Assembly: GCA_001771365.1 (NCBI GenBank)
Contig: METP01000033.1
Location: 11,325-75,324, forward strand
Source of the DNA: a candidate division WOR-1 bacterium RIFCSPLOWO2_02_FULL_46_20
GTDB taxonomy: Bacteria > Margulisbacteria > WOR-1 > O2-12-FULL-45-9
DNA length: 64,000 nt
Reading direction: 5' to 3'
Shown in pieces: positions 1 through 9,562 of this stretch. The position numbers and the translations under genes were made by a program. The notes beneath the pieces are model-generated. The model had not been told where the DNA came from and did no database searches. It saw nothing but the letters and a program-made list of their open reading frames with translations. Numbering within the stretch: position 1 is the stretch's first letter; each line of letters opens with the position of its first letter.

Positions 1-4
1 GATT

Positions 5-787
5 ATGAGTTTTTTTCTGGCGCTGGTTTTCTTTGGCTTAGCGCAACTTTCTTACAACCTTGCTTATCCCAACACAATACTCACCATGATCAACCACCTG
101 GTTTTTTTAAATCTGGCTGTAGGCGTTTTCAATCTCATCCCTGGGTTTCCCTTGGATGGCGGTAGAGTATTTCGTTCCATCCTCTGGCATTTTTATAAAG
201 ATCTAAAAAAGGCCACCGCAATTGCCAGCGCCTTTGGTAAAGGCTTTGCCTTTTTCATTATCACTCTTGGCATACTTTACGTTTTTACACCCGGGTTAAC
301 TGTTTCCGGCATCTGGTTTATCTTTATCGGCATTTTTCTGCTGGAAGCGGCTGAGCTGAGCTACCGCCATGTTGTCATGAACAAATTACTGGGCGGCACC
401 AAAGTTGAAAGTCTTATGACCAAAGAGGTTATTACCGTTCCAGCTAATATGCCCCTGGATAAATTATTAGACAACTACTTTTTCAAATATCGTCATGCTT
501 CATTCCCCGTTTTAGAAGGCGACAATATTTTGGGGTTGGTCACCTTCCATGATGTCAAAGAAGTTCCTCAAGATAAATGGAGCACAACCACAGCGCGAGA
601 AGCCATGGAACCTGTCAGAAAAGATTTAATTATTCACAAAAACACCGAGGCTATGGATGCTCTGGCTAAGCTGGCCAGCAACGGCATTGGCAGACGCCTG
701 GTCATAGAACACGCAAAACTAATCGGCATTCTCTCACGCAAAGATATTATGCGCTTATTTGAGTTTAAGGCTGAAATTGAAAAATAG
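5..787 (+). CDS. Site-2 protease family (M50) C-terminal part with tandem CBS domains; 5'-partial, starts at the window edge
   Basis: Carries the NLIPGFPLDGGRV motif, the third metal-ligand LDG motif of M50/S2P peptidases. Two CBS-like repeats follow (…ITVPANMPL…, …GRRLVIEHAKLIGILSRKD…). The ORF runs to the window edge. Confidence 0.75.
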   Translation: MSFFLALVFFGLAQLSYNLAYPNTILTMINHLVFLNLAVGVFNLIPGFPLDGGRVFRSILWHFYKDLKKATAIASAFGKGFAFFIITLGILYVFTPGLTVSGIWFIFIGIFLLEAAELSYRHVVMNKLLGGTKVESLMTKEVITVPANMPLDKLLDNYFFKYRHASFPVLEGDNILGLVTFHDVKEVPQDKWSTTTAREAMEPVRKDLIIHKNTEAMDALAKLASNGIGRRLVIEHAKLIGILSRKDIMRLFEFKAEIEK

Positions 788-799
788 CCGTCAACGAAT

Positions 800-1318
800 A
801 TGGCAACAAATAAACGCATTGCCTTAATTATCGCCTTCCAGGGATTTCGCGACGAAGAATACACAGGACCCAAACAAGTTATTGAAGCAGCCGGCATAGA
901 AGTTACCACAGTTTCCACGCAAAGCGGCACAGCCACGGGAAAATTCGGCCTGCCGGCAAAAGTTGATCTCTTACTAAACGATTTAATTATTGCCGACTAC
1001 GAGGCCGTCGTTTTTATTGGCGGACCAGGCTCATATGCTCTACGCGATAACCCCACGGCACATAAAATTGCCCGGGAAACTGTTAAGCAAGGGAAAATCT
1101 TAGCCGCTATTTGTGCCGCTCCGGGGATATTAGCCAACGCCGGGGTCGTCAAGGGGAAGAATATAACCATGTTCAGCGACGACGGCTCAGCTGCCAGAGG
1201 TGGCGCTAACTACACCGGAAAAGGCGTAGAGGTTGACGGGAATATCATCACCGCTACCGGGCCGGAAACCGCCAAAGCCTTCGGCCAATCGATTGTAAGG
1301 GTTGTGATTAACAGATGA
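800..1318 (+). CDS. DJ-1/PfpI family protein
   Basis: Carries AICAAPGILANAG, the nucleophile-elbow Cys motif of DJ-1/PfpI (AICHGP-like). At 172 aa the length is typical of the family. Confidence 0.8.
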   Translation: MATNKRIALIIAFQGFRDEEYTGPKQVIEAAGIEVTTVSTQSGTATGKFGLPAKVDLLLNDLIIADYEAVVFIGGPGSYALRDNPTAHKIARETVKQGKILAAICAAPGILANAGVVKGKNITMFSDDGSAARGGANYTGKGVEVDGNIITATGPETAKAFGQSIVRVVINR

Positions 1319-1713
1319 AAGCACACATTTATACCGATGGCGCGGCTCGAGGAAATCCTGGACCGGCCGGCATTGGCATTGTTATAAAAAATGAGAAGAA
1401 AGTCTTGCTCGAAGTTTCTGCTTTCATAGGCGAAGCGACTAATAACGTTGCTGAATATATGGCGTTGATCCGGGGATTGGAAGAAGCCATTGACCTTGAA
1501 GAAGATGAAGTAGAAGTCTTCGCTGATTCAGAATTAATGGTTAAACAAATCAAAGACGAATACCGGGTAAAAAACAAGGGATTACTTCCGCTGCATTACC
1601 ATGTAAAATCTTTGATCAAAAAATTTAAACGATTCTCCATCTCTCACATTGCCCGCGAAAAAAACAAACGCGCGGACAACCTGGCTAACCAGGGCATAGA
1701 TAGTATGCTATAA
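1315..1713 (+). CDS. RNase H-like (RNase HI family) protein
   Basis: IYTDGAARGNPGPAGIGIV supplies the first catalytic Asp. AEYMAL (Glu), FADSEL (Asp) and KRADNLAN (Asp) complete the DEDD pattern of type-1 RNase H domains. Confidence 0.75.
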   Translation: MKAHIYTDGAARGNPGPAGIGIVIKNEKKVLLEVSAFIGEATNNVAEYMALIRGLEEAIDLEEDEVEVFADSELMVKQIKDEYRVKNKGLLPLHYHVKSLIKKFKRFSISHIAREKNKRADNLANQGIDSML

Positions 1714-1720
1714 TTAATCT

Positions 1721-2124
1721 CGGGCAGGCCAGACGATCGCCCCTCGACTCCGCCGCAAGCGGTGTCGCTCGGGGAGGAAAGTCCGGACTCCAGAGAGCGG
1801 CGTGCTGGATAATATCCAGTCAGAGTAAAATCTGAAGGAAAGTGGCACAGAAATTACACAGCCCACCCTATCCCCAAAGGATAGGAGGCGATAGGTGAAA
1901 CTGGGAGGTAAGAGCTCCCACACGTCAGCCAGGCAACTGGCGGTGCGCTAAACCCCACGCGGAGCAAGACCAAATAGGGAGATGAGCTGCTCGCTCGTTT
2001 GAATCCCGAGTAGGTCGCGTTGAGGTAAATAGAGATATTTATCCCAGATAGATGATCGTCGTTCTTCGAAGCTCTGGTTTATCGGAGCGTAGAAGAAACA
2101 GAATCCGGCTTATCGGCCTGCCCC
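1721..2124 (+). ncRNA. rnpB: RNase P RNA, bacterial type A
   Basis: GGAGGAAAGTCCGGACTCC (P4 5' strand), GGGAGGTAAGAGCTCCCAC, GCAAGACCAAATAGGGAG and AGAAACAGAATCCGGCTTATCGGCCTGCCC at the 3' end all match conserved RNase P RNA blocks. The terminal helix P1 pairs cgggcaggcc (1721-1730) with ggcctgccc (2115-2123). Confidence 0.85.
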
Positions 2125-2226
2125 CACACCAACTTTAAAAAGATATCTGCTGCCAACAGCAAATATTTCACAGTTGTGTATTATTTATCAATGAGCGATA
2201 ATCAACTATTAAAGTTGGTGTGGGGG
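2121..2226. repeat. Perfect 16-bp inverted repeat (cccccacaccaacttt / aaagttggtgtggggg) enclosing a 74-nt AT-rich segment
   Basis: Read directly from the sequence. The arms lie at 2121-2136 and 2211-2226. The 5' arm abuts the rnpB P1 3' strand, and the 3' arm overlaps the GGGGG ribosome-binding site of the GIY-YIG gene. Confidence 0.8.
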
Positions 2227-2234
2227 CGTACCCA

Positions 2235-2489
2235 ATGTTTTATGTATATATTCTTAAAAGTTTAAAAGATAAAAATCTATATATTGGTTCAACTAATAAC
2301 CTCGAAAGAAGACTTAAACAACACAACAATAGTGAGGTTTTCTCAACAAAAAGCCGGGTTCCCTTTGAAATTATTTATTATGAAGCTTATAAAGCAGAAA
2401 GCGATGCAAGAAAGAGAGAACGAAATCTAAAATTAAGAAGTCGAGCACATATTCAGCTCAAAAAGAGGATTGAAGCAAGCTTAAAGTAG
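2235..2489 (+). CDS. Small GIY-YIG nuclease family protein
   Basis: MFYVYILKSLKDKNLYIGSTNNLERRLKQHN is the canonical GIY-x10-YIG…R…N domain. The start was moved to the second Met so that a GGGGG Shine-Dalgarno lies about 9 nt upstream. Confidence 0.8.
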   Translation: MFYVYILKSLKDKNLYIGSTNNLERRLKQHNNSEVFSTKSRVPFEIIYYEAYKAESDARKRERNLKLRSRAHIQLKKRIEASLK

Positions 2490-2641
2490 CTTAATCAAAG
2501 ATCACTACGAATAAAACCCCTGAATAGATCGCATAATCTACAATTCCAAGACGTTTTAAGCTAACCTTACCTTTCCACTCCGGCCTATCTAAAACTTCTT
2601 GCATGACGCTTTGCGCCCGTTCGTCCTCTTTCCAAGCCTGT

Positions 2642-2899
2642 TTATAACTCAAAACCAATATAATTCACTCCCATACTCTTAGCTGCCAATCCTAAATATG
2701 CAGCTTCTTCCGTACCAACACTTACTATGTTGTTGCCTTCCCTTACGCCAATCCTCTTCAAAAATCTTAGGGCTTCCTGAAATTGTTTATTCCCAATGCG
2801 CAAAGCAATATTCGAGGCAACAGGTTTTTGTTCAATTATTTTCATCCTTATCTTACCTCTTACTAAATTATTTCGACAAAAAAAAATGGTTAATTTCAC
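2642..2899 (-). CDS. Hypothetical protein (85 aa), possibly the frameshifted 5' part of a longer gene
   Basis: I recognise no family for this ORF. A second reading frame continues directly downstream (2493-2641) as …QAWKEDERAQSVMQEVLDRPEWKGKVSLKRLGIVDYAIYSGVLFVVIFD*. Confidence 0.3.
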   Translation of the reverse strand: MKLTIFFCRNNLVRGKIRMKIIEQKPVASNIALRIGNKQFQEALRFLKRIGVREGNNIVSVGTEEAAYLGLAAKSMGVNYIGFEL

Positions 2900-2941
2900 T
2901 TTGAGTATCTTTGGGGTTGGGGTTGTGGGGTTGCAAAAATA

Positions 2942-5683
2942 TTAATTTAACAATTGATCAAGCATCTCGAGCGCTTCTTGCCTGGTCAACAGCTTCAGCT
3001 CGGTGCGCTTGAGCATCAATTCACGCACAAATTTATGCAGCAGCTCATGATCTTTAATTACCAGATTATTAAAATCTTGTAGCAATGCCTGTCTTAGGCC
3101 GCTTAAGTCGTCCCAATGTTTTTCGAGAGTTTTGTAGTGGCTGGCATATTTCTCGATAGTTACCACATACTGATAGGTCTCAAAGTCCATGCCGCGAATC
3201 TTTTCGTAATTTATTTTCAGGTTGCCGTTGCTGTAAGCAGCCAGCCCCTTATCAAGCAAAAGCTTAAAATCCTCCGGGGAAAGCTTTTGTTTTTTGATTA
3301 TTTTGCTGGCCACGATTGAGTCTACTGCCAAAGTGGCCGCTTCGAGAGTGGTCAGCGGCGAGCCTTTATATAATTTATAACCAGCCGCCTCCGCGGTACC
3401 GATTATCTCCTCCTTGGCAGGATCACCAATAAACTCAGAGCAGGCTTTATACAAAGAAAAATTGGCATTCGCCTCTACACATTCATCCAACTTGTCGAAA
3501 GGCGCGGAGAGAATTTGAATCAGGTCATCAATTAAGTTACGTTCTTCCATAATCAGACCACCGGAAGAGTGAATCAACTCAGGCGATAAAGTTTTATTCG
3601 CTTTCAAGGTTTGCAAAGCATATCTGCCAAAAGGATGGCTCCCCCACTTCATCTCGACAACCTCACCACTGGCATTAGTGACCGGATCATAATATTTATA
3701 GCCGCGCTCCGCCTCCGGCCTGTAAATATCGGCCAAGACCTCATTTGGCACAGCGCCCGGGTTCCCTTTTATATCCGTAAATAACCAGCGCTCACCCTCT
3801 TTTTTGATCACACCACCCATAGGAATAACCGTGGTTTGATAATAAAGGTTGGAGATGTAATTTTCCATGCTTTTATAAACATAGAATATTCCAGGTGTGG
3901 TAGGATATGCTAAATGTTCTTCGAAAACAGGCCGCTCTTTTTCGTCTCTCCCCAGCATCTGATAATATTTTTGCTTTGGCCCCCCCTTAACCCGCAGCTT
4001 GGCAAAAGGCTGGTCTTTGATATAAATCAACCAAATACCGGACAGGGGATAAACAGCAATTTTTACATCTTCGTCCCGCTTAAATTTCTCCTTAAGCCCA
4101 TCTAAATCTTCTTTAACATTTACCATCGTCGTTAGATAAGGGATCTGCTCCAGCATGTATTCCTCAATGTTTTTTGAATAATCATAAACAACTATCCGGG
4201 TATTTACGGGCAAAAGGGAATACAGAAAAAAACTGTCACGCGGCGTGACATGCAGGCAGCCGTGGCTTTTGTATAAATCCCCGAGTATTTCATCAAGCAG
4301 TAAACCAAAGTTGTACTCGTTCAAAGCCCTAACAGAATGAAATTCCAATGCTCCCGCCTCTTCGCTCAACGCCTGCTTGATGAGCTGACGCATTACTTTG
4401 CTTTCGCGTCCAGAAAAAACAGGATCATCCTCCGTCAGGAATAAGTTCTCAAAAGAGAGCTCCCGCACATACTTGGCTTGTGCCGGGGGTGTCGCCGGTT
4501 CAAAGAAAATTCGACTGGTCAGCCAGTTCTCAACAAGATTTTGCTGGTTGGCCAACGAAAGTACCCCCATCTTTATAAAATCTTCCCTTAATTTATTCCG
4601 TAAATCCTGCCAAAAGCTCCAGTCATCTTTTAATTTCTGATACCAATAAACTCGTTTTGCAATAATTGAATTATTTTCCCCCTGAGTTTGAAGCTTTCCC
4701 AGCGCTTTTTGCCGGGCCAATCCCCTGCGCGGCACGACAGCTCCTATCTGAGGCTCCAACGCTTGCAGTGTTTTATAATAAGTGAAGTTGGCATTATTTG
4801 ATATACATGAATCAAAATCATCCGATCCCGGTTGAGTTAAAATTTGGGTTAGATCTTTTACCAGTATGATTTGCTCAAAAAGCAGCCTGCCATCCGTATA
4901 GGCCATCATATTGCGGCCTGCTTTGGACAGCCACAAAATGTATTTGCCAAAGTCGTTACTCCCCCAGCGCGCCGCCGGCACCTTGTCATTATAATCATAA
5001 TAACTATATTTTTGTTTGTCGACCGGCTGTTCAAGGTCTTTAACGATATGCTGGGGCAAAACCAACCAATCACCCCCACTGTTATAAACCCATTTACCAT
5101 TTTTTTTCACCAGCCAGGCGCCGAAAGGGACAACGGTTGTTTCATAATACGCTTTGCTGATATAGTGGGCCGTCGGCCCAAGCACGGTATATTCTCCCGG
5201 ATAAGTCGGAACAGATAAAAAATTTTCATCAGGACGCAGCAATTTTTCTTTAAACCCGGCTTTAGTCCGCAACTTAGCGTAGGGTCGGCCATTAACATTA
5301 ATAAAAAGACGGTCAAGCGCGGGATAAACAACCACTTCAGTCGTGCTGTTTTTAAAAAGCTCGGCATGTATCTTAATATCTTTAGGGCCATTTGTAATAT
5401 TAAACAGAAACGGGACAGCCTTCTCATCGAACGTCAGTTTCACCTCTTCATATCCTTTACCCTGCCAAGAAATCCCTCTGGAAATAGTGCTGACTAACAG
5501 ATAAGTGTCCGAAGAGGTAAAGTGCAAGCCGCCGCGGGTATTATAAAGATCTCCTAAATAATCATCAAAATAGGCAGTCAGATTCTTTGAATTCAACAAA
5601 TTCAAACTCGGATAGTTTCCCTCCGCCAAACTAACGGAAATTAAACTTGGGAGCAGCCATATAATCATTAGACAGCGCTTCAC
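2942..5683 (-). CDS. Large secreted protein (913 aa) built from two homologous halves of about 400 aa each; the second half carries an SHGC L,D-transpeptidase-like motif
   Basis: The N-terminal signal peptide is MKRCLMIIWLLPSLISVSLA. Block-by-block similarity is visible between the halves: LGDLYNTRGGLHFTSSDTYLLVS versus LGDLYKSHGCLHVTPRDSFFLYS, RPYAKLRTKAGFKEK versus QPFAKLRVKGGPKQK, and KWGSNDFGKY versus KWGSHPFGRY. Confidence 0.6.
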   Translation of the reverse strand: MKRCLMIIWLLPSLISVSLAEGNYPSLNLLNSKNLTAYFDDYLGDLYNTRGGLHFTSSDTYLLVSTISRGISWQGKGYEEVKLTFDEKAVPFLFNITNGPKDIKIHAELFKNSTTEVVVYPALDRLFINVNGRPYAKLRTKAGFKEKLLRPDENFLSVPTYPGEYTVLGPTAHYISKAYYETTVVPFGAWLVKKNGKWVYNSGGDWLVLPQHIVKDLEQPVDKQKYSYYDYNDKVPAARWGSNDFGKYILWLSKAGRNMMAYTDGRLLFEQIILVKDLTQILTQPGSDDFDSCISNNANFTYYKTLQALEPQIGAVVPRRGLARQKALGKLQTQGENNSIIAKRVYWYQKLKDDWSFWQDLRNKLREDFIKMGVLSLANQQNLVENWLTSRIFFEPATPPAQAKYVRELSFENLFLTEDDPVFSGRESKVMRQLIKQALSEEAGALEFHSVRALNEYNFGLLLDEILGDLYKSHGCLHVTPRDSFFLYSLLPVNTRIVVYDYSKNIEEYMLEQIPYLTTMVNVKEDLDGLKEKFKRDEDVKIAVYPLSGIWLIYIKDQPFAKLRVKGGPKQKYYQMLGRDEKERPVFEEHLAYPTTPGIFYVYKSMENYISNLYYQTTVIPMGGVIKKEGERWLFTDIKGNPGAVPNEVLADIYRPEAERGYKYYDPVTNASGEVVEMKWGSHPFGRYALQTLKANKTLSPELIHSSGGLIMEERNLIDDLIQILSAPFDKLDECVEANANFSLYKACSEFIGDPAKEEIIGTAEAAGYKLYKGSPLTTLEAATLAVDSIVASKIIKKQKLSPEDFKLLLDKGLAAYSNGNLKINYEKIRGMDFETYQYVVTIEKYASHYKTLEKHWDDLSGLRQALLQDFNNLVIKDHELLHKFVRELMLKRTELKLLTRQEALEMLDQLLN

Positions 5684-5735
5684 AACACCATTCTACCTAA
5701 TACTTGACTTATCGACAATAGTTACCTATGCTTTT

Positions 5736-6368
5736 ATGTATATGAAATCTCGACGAGTCCTGTTTTTATTGCTGTTTATCATCGCTACAAGCTCAGCTTT
5801 GGCACAAAAACTTACTCCGCCGGCAATTGCGCCGGCTCTCCCGCCTATTGAAGTGGCCACGCGAGAACCTATCTCTCTCCCGCCGCCGCCGTCAACAAGC
5901 GAAGCCGAATTCGAAGTTCCCGGCCAGGAGACAGGAATATATAAATGGGGGATTGATAGCGATGCCAGCGCATCACTTTTATTAAGTTCTGCTATGGTCC
6001 TGGGAGGAAGGTTTAACATCCTGCTGCCAGACCCCTGGCAACTGGGAACCCAGATTGGCCTGGCCGAGGATGCTTTGGAGTTTAAAACCGGTCTGGGTTT
6101 AGCCATTGGCCAAACGAGCGCACTCCCTCTCTTTGCCGAAGCAGTGCTTTATCTAAAAGAAAAATCATTTTATAACCTGGACCCATATGTTGGCGTGGGG
6201 TTAAACTATACAAGCAAGCTGGGCAGTCAAATTTTTGCCGGGGTTTTGTATGATCTTGGGATTTATTCCGGCCAACTCGGCATAGAGGCAGGCTACCAGA
6301 CAATAAATTTAGCCACGACCCAAAGCCAAGGGTTCTTTCTCTCCGTTATTAGGCCAATTAGGCTGTAA
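5736..6368 (+). CDS. Secreted protein with a Pro-rich N-terminal region; possibly an outer-membrane beta-barrel-like protein
   Basis: The signal peptide is MYMKSRRVLFLLLFIIATSSALAQ. The C-terminal half shows alternating hydrophobic Gly/Tyr-rich beta-strand patterning (GVGLNYTSKLGSQIFAGVLYDLGIYSGQLGIEAGYQ). A TTGACT-17-TATGCT promoter lies at 5704-5732. Confidence 0.45.
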   Translation: MYMKSRRVLFLLLFIIATSSALAQKLTPPAIAPALPPIEVATREPISLPPPPSTSEAEFEVPGQETGIYKWGIDSDASASLLLSSAMVLGGRFNILLPDPWQLGTQIGLAEDALEFKTGLGLAIGQTSALPLFAEAVLYLKEKSFYNLDPYVGVGLNYTSKLGSQIFAGVLYDLGIYSGQLGIEAGYQTINLATTQSQGFFLSVIRPIRL

Positions 6369-6382
6369 AGCCAGCAACAAAA

Positions 6383-9300
6383 TTATGCCCTGTGATAATC
6401 CTGAATCGCTTTTACGTCAAAACCTTTTTTCTTGGCCGCCTCCAAACCGTTTACAGTTGCCCTGGCTCCGGAGATTGTCGTGATCAAAGGAATGTTATGC
6501 ATAACCGCCAGCGAACGCATTTTTGCTTCATCAATCTTGGTGGTTTTTCCTCCCGGGGTGTTAATCAAAAAACCAATCTTGCCTTTGTTGATCAGGTCTA
6601 GAACGCTGGATTTGCCTTTGCCTATTTTGTCGACAATAGAAACTTCAATGCCGTTCTTTTTTAGGGCCCGACCGGTGCCAGCGGTTGCCACAATGCTGTA
6701 GCCAAGATCAACAAGCTTCTTGACAATAAAAACAATCGAGCGTTTGTCCTGGTTTTTAACACTGACAAAGACGTTGCCGGACATCGGAAATTTCTGCCCC
6801 GCGGCCAACTGTGCTTTCATAAATGCGCTGCCGTAATCAGCGTCAATCCCCATAACCTCGCCGGTTGACTTCATTTCCGGGCCTAAAACCGCGTCCGCTC
6901 CGGGAAAACGATTGAAAGGGAAAACCGCTTCCTTTACCGCGACATGATCAATCTCAACCTCCTTGTCAATCCCCTGCTCTTTTAGGCTCTTCCCAATCAT
7001 TACTTTGGTTGCCACTTTAGCCCAGGGAATCCCGGTCGCCTTGCTCACAAAAGGGACAGTACGCGAAGCCCGCGGGTTAACCTCTAAGACATATAATATA
7101 TCGCCGCGAACCGCATACTGGATATTCATCAAGCCTATTACTTTCAGTTCTTTGGCCAGGATATAAGTTGTCTTTTTTATTTCCTCGATCATTTCATCAG
7201 AGAGAGAAAAGGGCGGGATAGCACAAGCCGAATCGCCGGAATGGATGCCGGCTTCTTCAATATGCTCCATAATACCGCAAACCACCGTCTTTTTACCATC
7301 GGACACGGCATCAACATCAACCTCAATCGCGTCTTCGAGGAATTTATCAATTAAGATAGGATGTTCCGGGGAAACATCAACCGCCCATTTCATAAATTGT
7401 CCGAGATCCGCATCATCATAAACGATTTCCATGGCCCGGCCGCCCAGGACATACGATGGCCTCACCAAGACAGGATAGCCAATACGTTTGGCAGCTTTTT
7501 TTGCTTCAGCAAAAGAGCGCGCGGTGCCGTTTGACGGCTGTTTTAATTTAAGTTTTTTTAATACTTTCTGAAAGAGCTTGCGGTCTTCGGCTTTATCAAT
7601 GCTTTTGGGCGAGGTGCCGATAATCTTGCCGCCCGATTTTTGGATCGGGATCGCCAGATTAAGCGGAGTCTGGCCGCCAAACTGGACAATAATCCCGTCG
7701 GGCTTTTCTTTTTCTATAATATGCACGACATCTTCTTTGGTTAACGGCTCAAAATATAGCTTATCGGATGTATCATAATCCGTGGAAACCGTTTCCGGAT
7801 TGGAATTAACCATAATTGATTCATAGCCCTCTTCCCGTAAAGCAAAAGAGGCGTGGCAGCAGCAATAGTCAAATTCTATCCCCTGGCCGATACGGTTGGG
7901 CCCGCCACCCAAGATCATCACCTTTTTCTTGCGTGACGGCTTTGATTCGCATTCACTTTCATAAGTTGAATAATAATACGGCGTGTGCGCCTCAAACTCA
8001 GCGGCGCAAGTATCAACCAGCTTATAAACAGGCTTAATGTTCTGCTCATCACGCATTTTTTTTATCTCATCTTCTGTTTTATCTTTGAGATAAGCTAATT
8101 GTTTGTCGGAAAAACCCAGGCGCTTCATTTCCCAAAGGGACAAATCGGCCCTGGGAGCCTCTATAATTTGTTTCATATTTTCCAGAAACCAGGGGTCAAC
8201 AAATGTTAATTTATTAATTTCATCAATCGACATCCCCTGTTCAATTGCCTGTTTGATATAAAAAATCCGGCGGTCATTAGGGGTTTTTAGATTCCCAATC
8301 AGATTAGCCGTATCAATAAAACACTTGCCGTCGTGCCCCAGACCGGCCCGCCCCACCTCAAGTGAGCGCAATCCTTTTTGCAAAGCCTCTTTAAAAGTCC
8401 GGCCAATGGCCATTGTCTCCCCAACCGATTTCATAGATGTTCCCAGCACGGAATCAGCATCCTTAAATTTTTCAAAAGTAAAGCGCGGGATTTTGACAAC
8501 GCAATAATCGATGGTCGGTTCAAACGACGCCGGAGTCTTCCTGGTAATATCATTACTGATCTCGTCCAGCGTATAACCGACCGAAAGCTTGGCCGCAAAT
8601 TTGGCAATGGGGAAGCCAGTTGCCTTTGAAGCCAGGGCCGAAGAACGGGAAACCCGCGGATTCATCTCAATAATAACCATGCGGCCGTTCTTTGGATCAA
8701 CCGCAAATTGAATGTTTGAACCACCGGTCTCAACACCAATCGCCCGGATGCAACGGATAGAAGCGTCGCGCATAAGTTGATATTCTTTATCGGTCAAGGT
8801 TTGTGCCGGAGCAACCGTAATTGAGTCTCCGGTATGGATCCCCATCGCGTCAAAGTTTTCAATGGAACAGACAATAACCACATTGTCTTTTTTATCCCGC
8901 ATCACTTCGAGCTCAAATTCTTTCCAGCCGGTTAAATCTTCTTCAATCAAGACCTGGTGGGTAGGCGAGAGCTCAAGGCCATACTTAACAACTTTTTCAT
9001 ATTCCTCGGATGTGTGAGCCACACCAGAACCTGTCCCGCCCAATGTAAAGCTGGGCCTAATAATTGTCGGTAAACCGACATATCCCAAAATTTTCTCGGC
9101 TGCCTCCCAGGTCGAAGCATGGCCACTGAGGGGAAGATCAATCCTGGCTTTTGTCATCGCTTCCTTAAACTGTTGGCGGTCCTCCGCCCGTTTAATCGCC
9201 GCTAAATTAGCGCCAATCATCTCAACCCCAAACTTTTCCAAAACACCCATTTCGGCCACAGCAACTGCCGTATTTAAACCTGTCTGCCCTCCCAGGGTTG

Positions 9301-9562
9301 GCAAAAGCGCGTCCGGTCGTTCTTTTTCGATTATCTTAGCCACAATCTCCGGGGTAACCGGCTCAATATAAGTCCTGTCAGCCATTTCCGGATCAGTCAT
9401 AATCGTAGCCGGATTGGAATTGATCAAAATAACCTTAAAACCTTCTTCCTTTAGCGCTTTACAGGCTTGGGAACCGGAATAATCAAATTCACATCCCTGG
9501 CCGATTATTATCGGCCCCGCCCCTATGATCATTATTTTATTAATATCAGTTCGTTTTGGCAT
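6383..9562 (-). CDS. carB: Carbamoyl-phosphate synthase large subunit
   Basis: At 1059 aa, the N-terminus [41 protein letters not shown] and the duplicated ATP-grasp architecture are diagnostic of CarB. Confidence 0.95.
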   Translation of the reverse strand: MPKRTDINKIMIIGAGPIIIGQGCEFDYSGSQACKALKEEGFKVILINSNPATIMTDPEMADRTYIEPVTPEIVAKIIEKERPDALLPTLGGQTGLNTAVAVAEMGVLEKFGVEMIGANLAAIKRAEDRQQFKEAMTKARIDLPLSGHASTWEAAEKILGYVGLPTIIRPSFTLGGTGSGVAHTSEEYEKVVKYGLELSPTHQVLIEEDLTGWKEFELEVMRDKKDNVVIVCSIENFDAMGIHTGDSITVAPAQTLTDKEYQLMRDASIRCIRAIGVETGGSNIQFAVDPKNGRMVIIEMNPRVSRSSALASKATGFPIAKFAAKLSVGYTLDEISNDITRKTPASFEPTIDYCVVKIPRFTFEKFKDADSVLGTSMKSVGETMAIGRTFKEALQKGLRSLEVGRAGLGHDGKCFIDTANLIGNLKTPNDRRIFYIKQAIEQGMSIDEINKLTFVDPWFLENMKQIIEAPRADLSLWEMKRLGFSDKQLAYLKDKTEDEIKKMRDEQNIKPVYKLVDTCAAEFEAHTPYYYSTYESECESKPSRKKKVMILGGGPNRIGQGIEFDYCCCHASFALREEGYESIMVNSNPETVSTDYDTSDKLYFEPLTKEDVVHIIEKEKPDGIIVQFGGQTPLNLAIPIQKSGGKIIGTSPKSIDKAEDRKLFQKVLKKLKLKQPSNGTARSFAEAKKAAKRIGYPVLVRPSYVLGGRAMEIVYDDADLGQFMKWAVDVSPEHPILIDKFLEDAIEVDVDAVSDGKKTVVCGIMEHIEEAGIHSGDSACAIPPFSLSDEMIEEIKKTTYILAKELKVIGLMNIQYAVRGDILYVLEVNPRASRTVPFVSKATGIPWAKVATKVMIGKSLKEQGIDKEVEIDHVAVKEAVFPFNRFPGADAVLGPEMKSTGEVMGIDADYGSAFMKAQLAAGQKFPMSGNVFVSVKNQDKRSIVFIVKKLVDLGYSIVATAGTGRALKKNGIEVSIVDKIGKGKSSVLDLINKGKIGFLINTPGGKTTKIDEAKMRSLAVMHNIPLITTISGARATVNGLEAAKKKGFDVKAIQDYHRA

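Noticed and set aside
6392-9141. Multiple 60-90 aa ORFs on the plus strand inside carB (and similar ones inside the P-type ATPase, atp genes, otsA and flhA)
   Set aside because: These are opposite-strand or alternate-frame shadows of long, well-supported genes. They lack RBSs and conservation.
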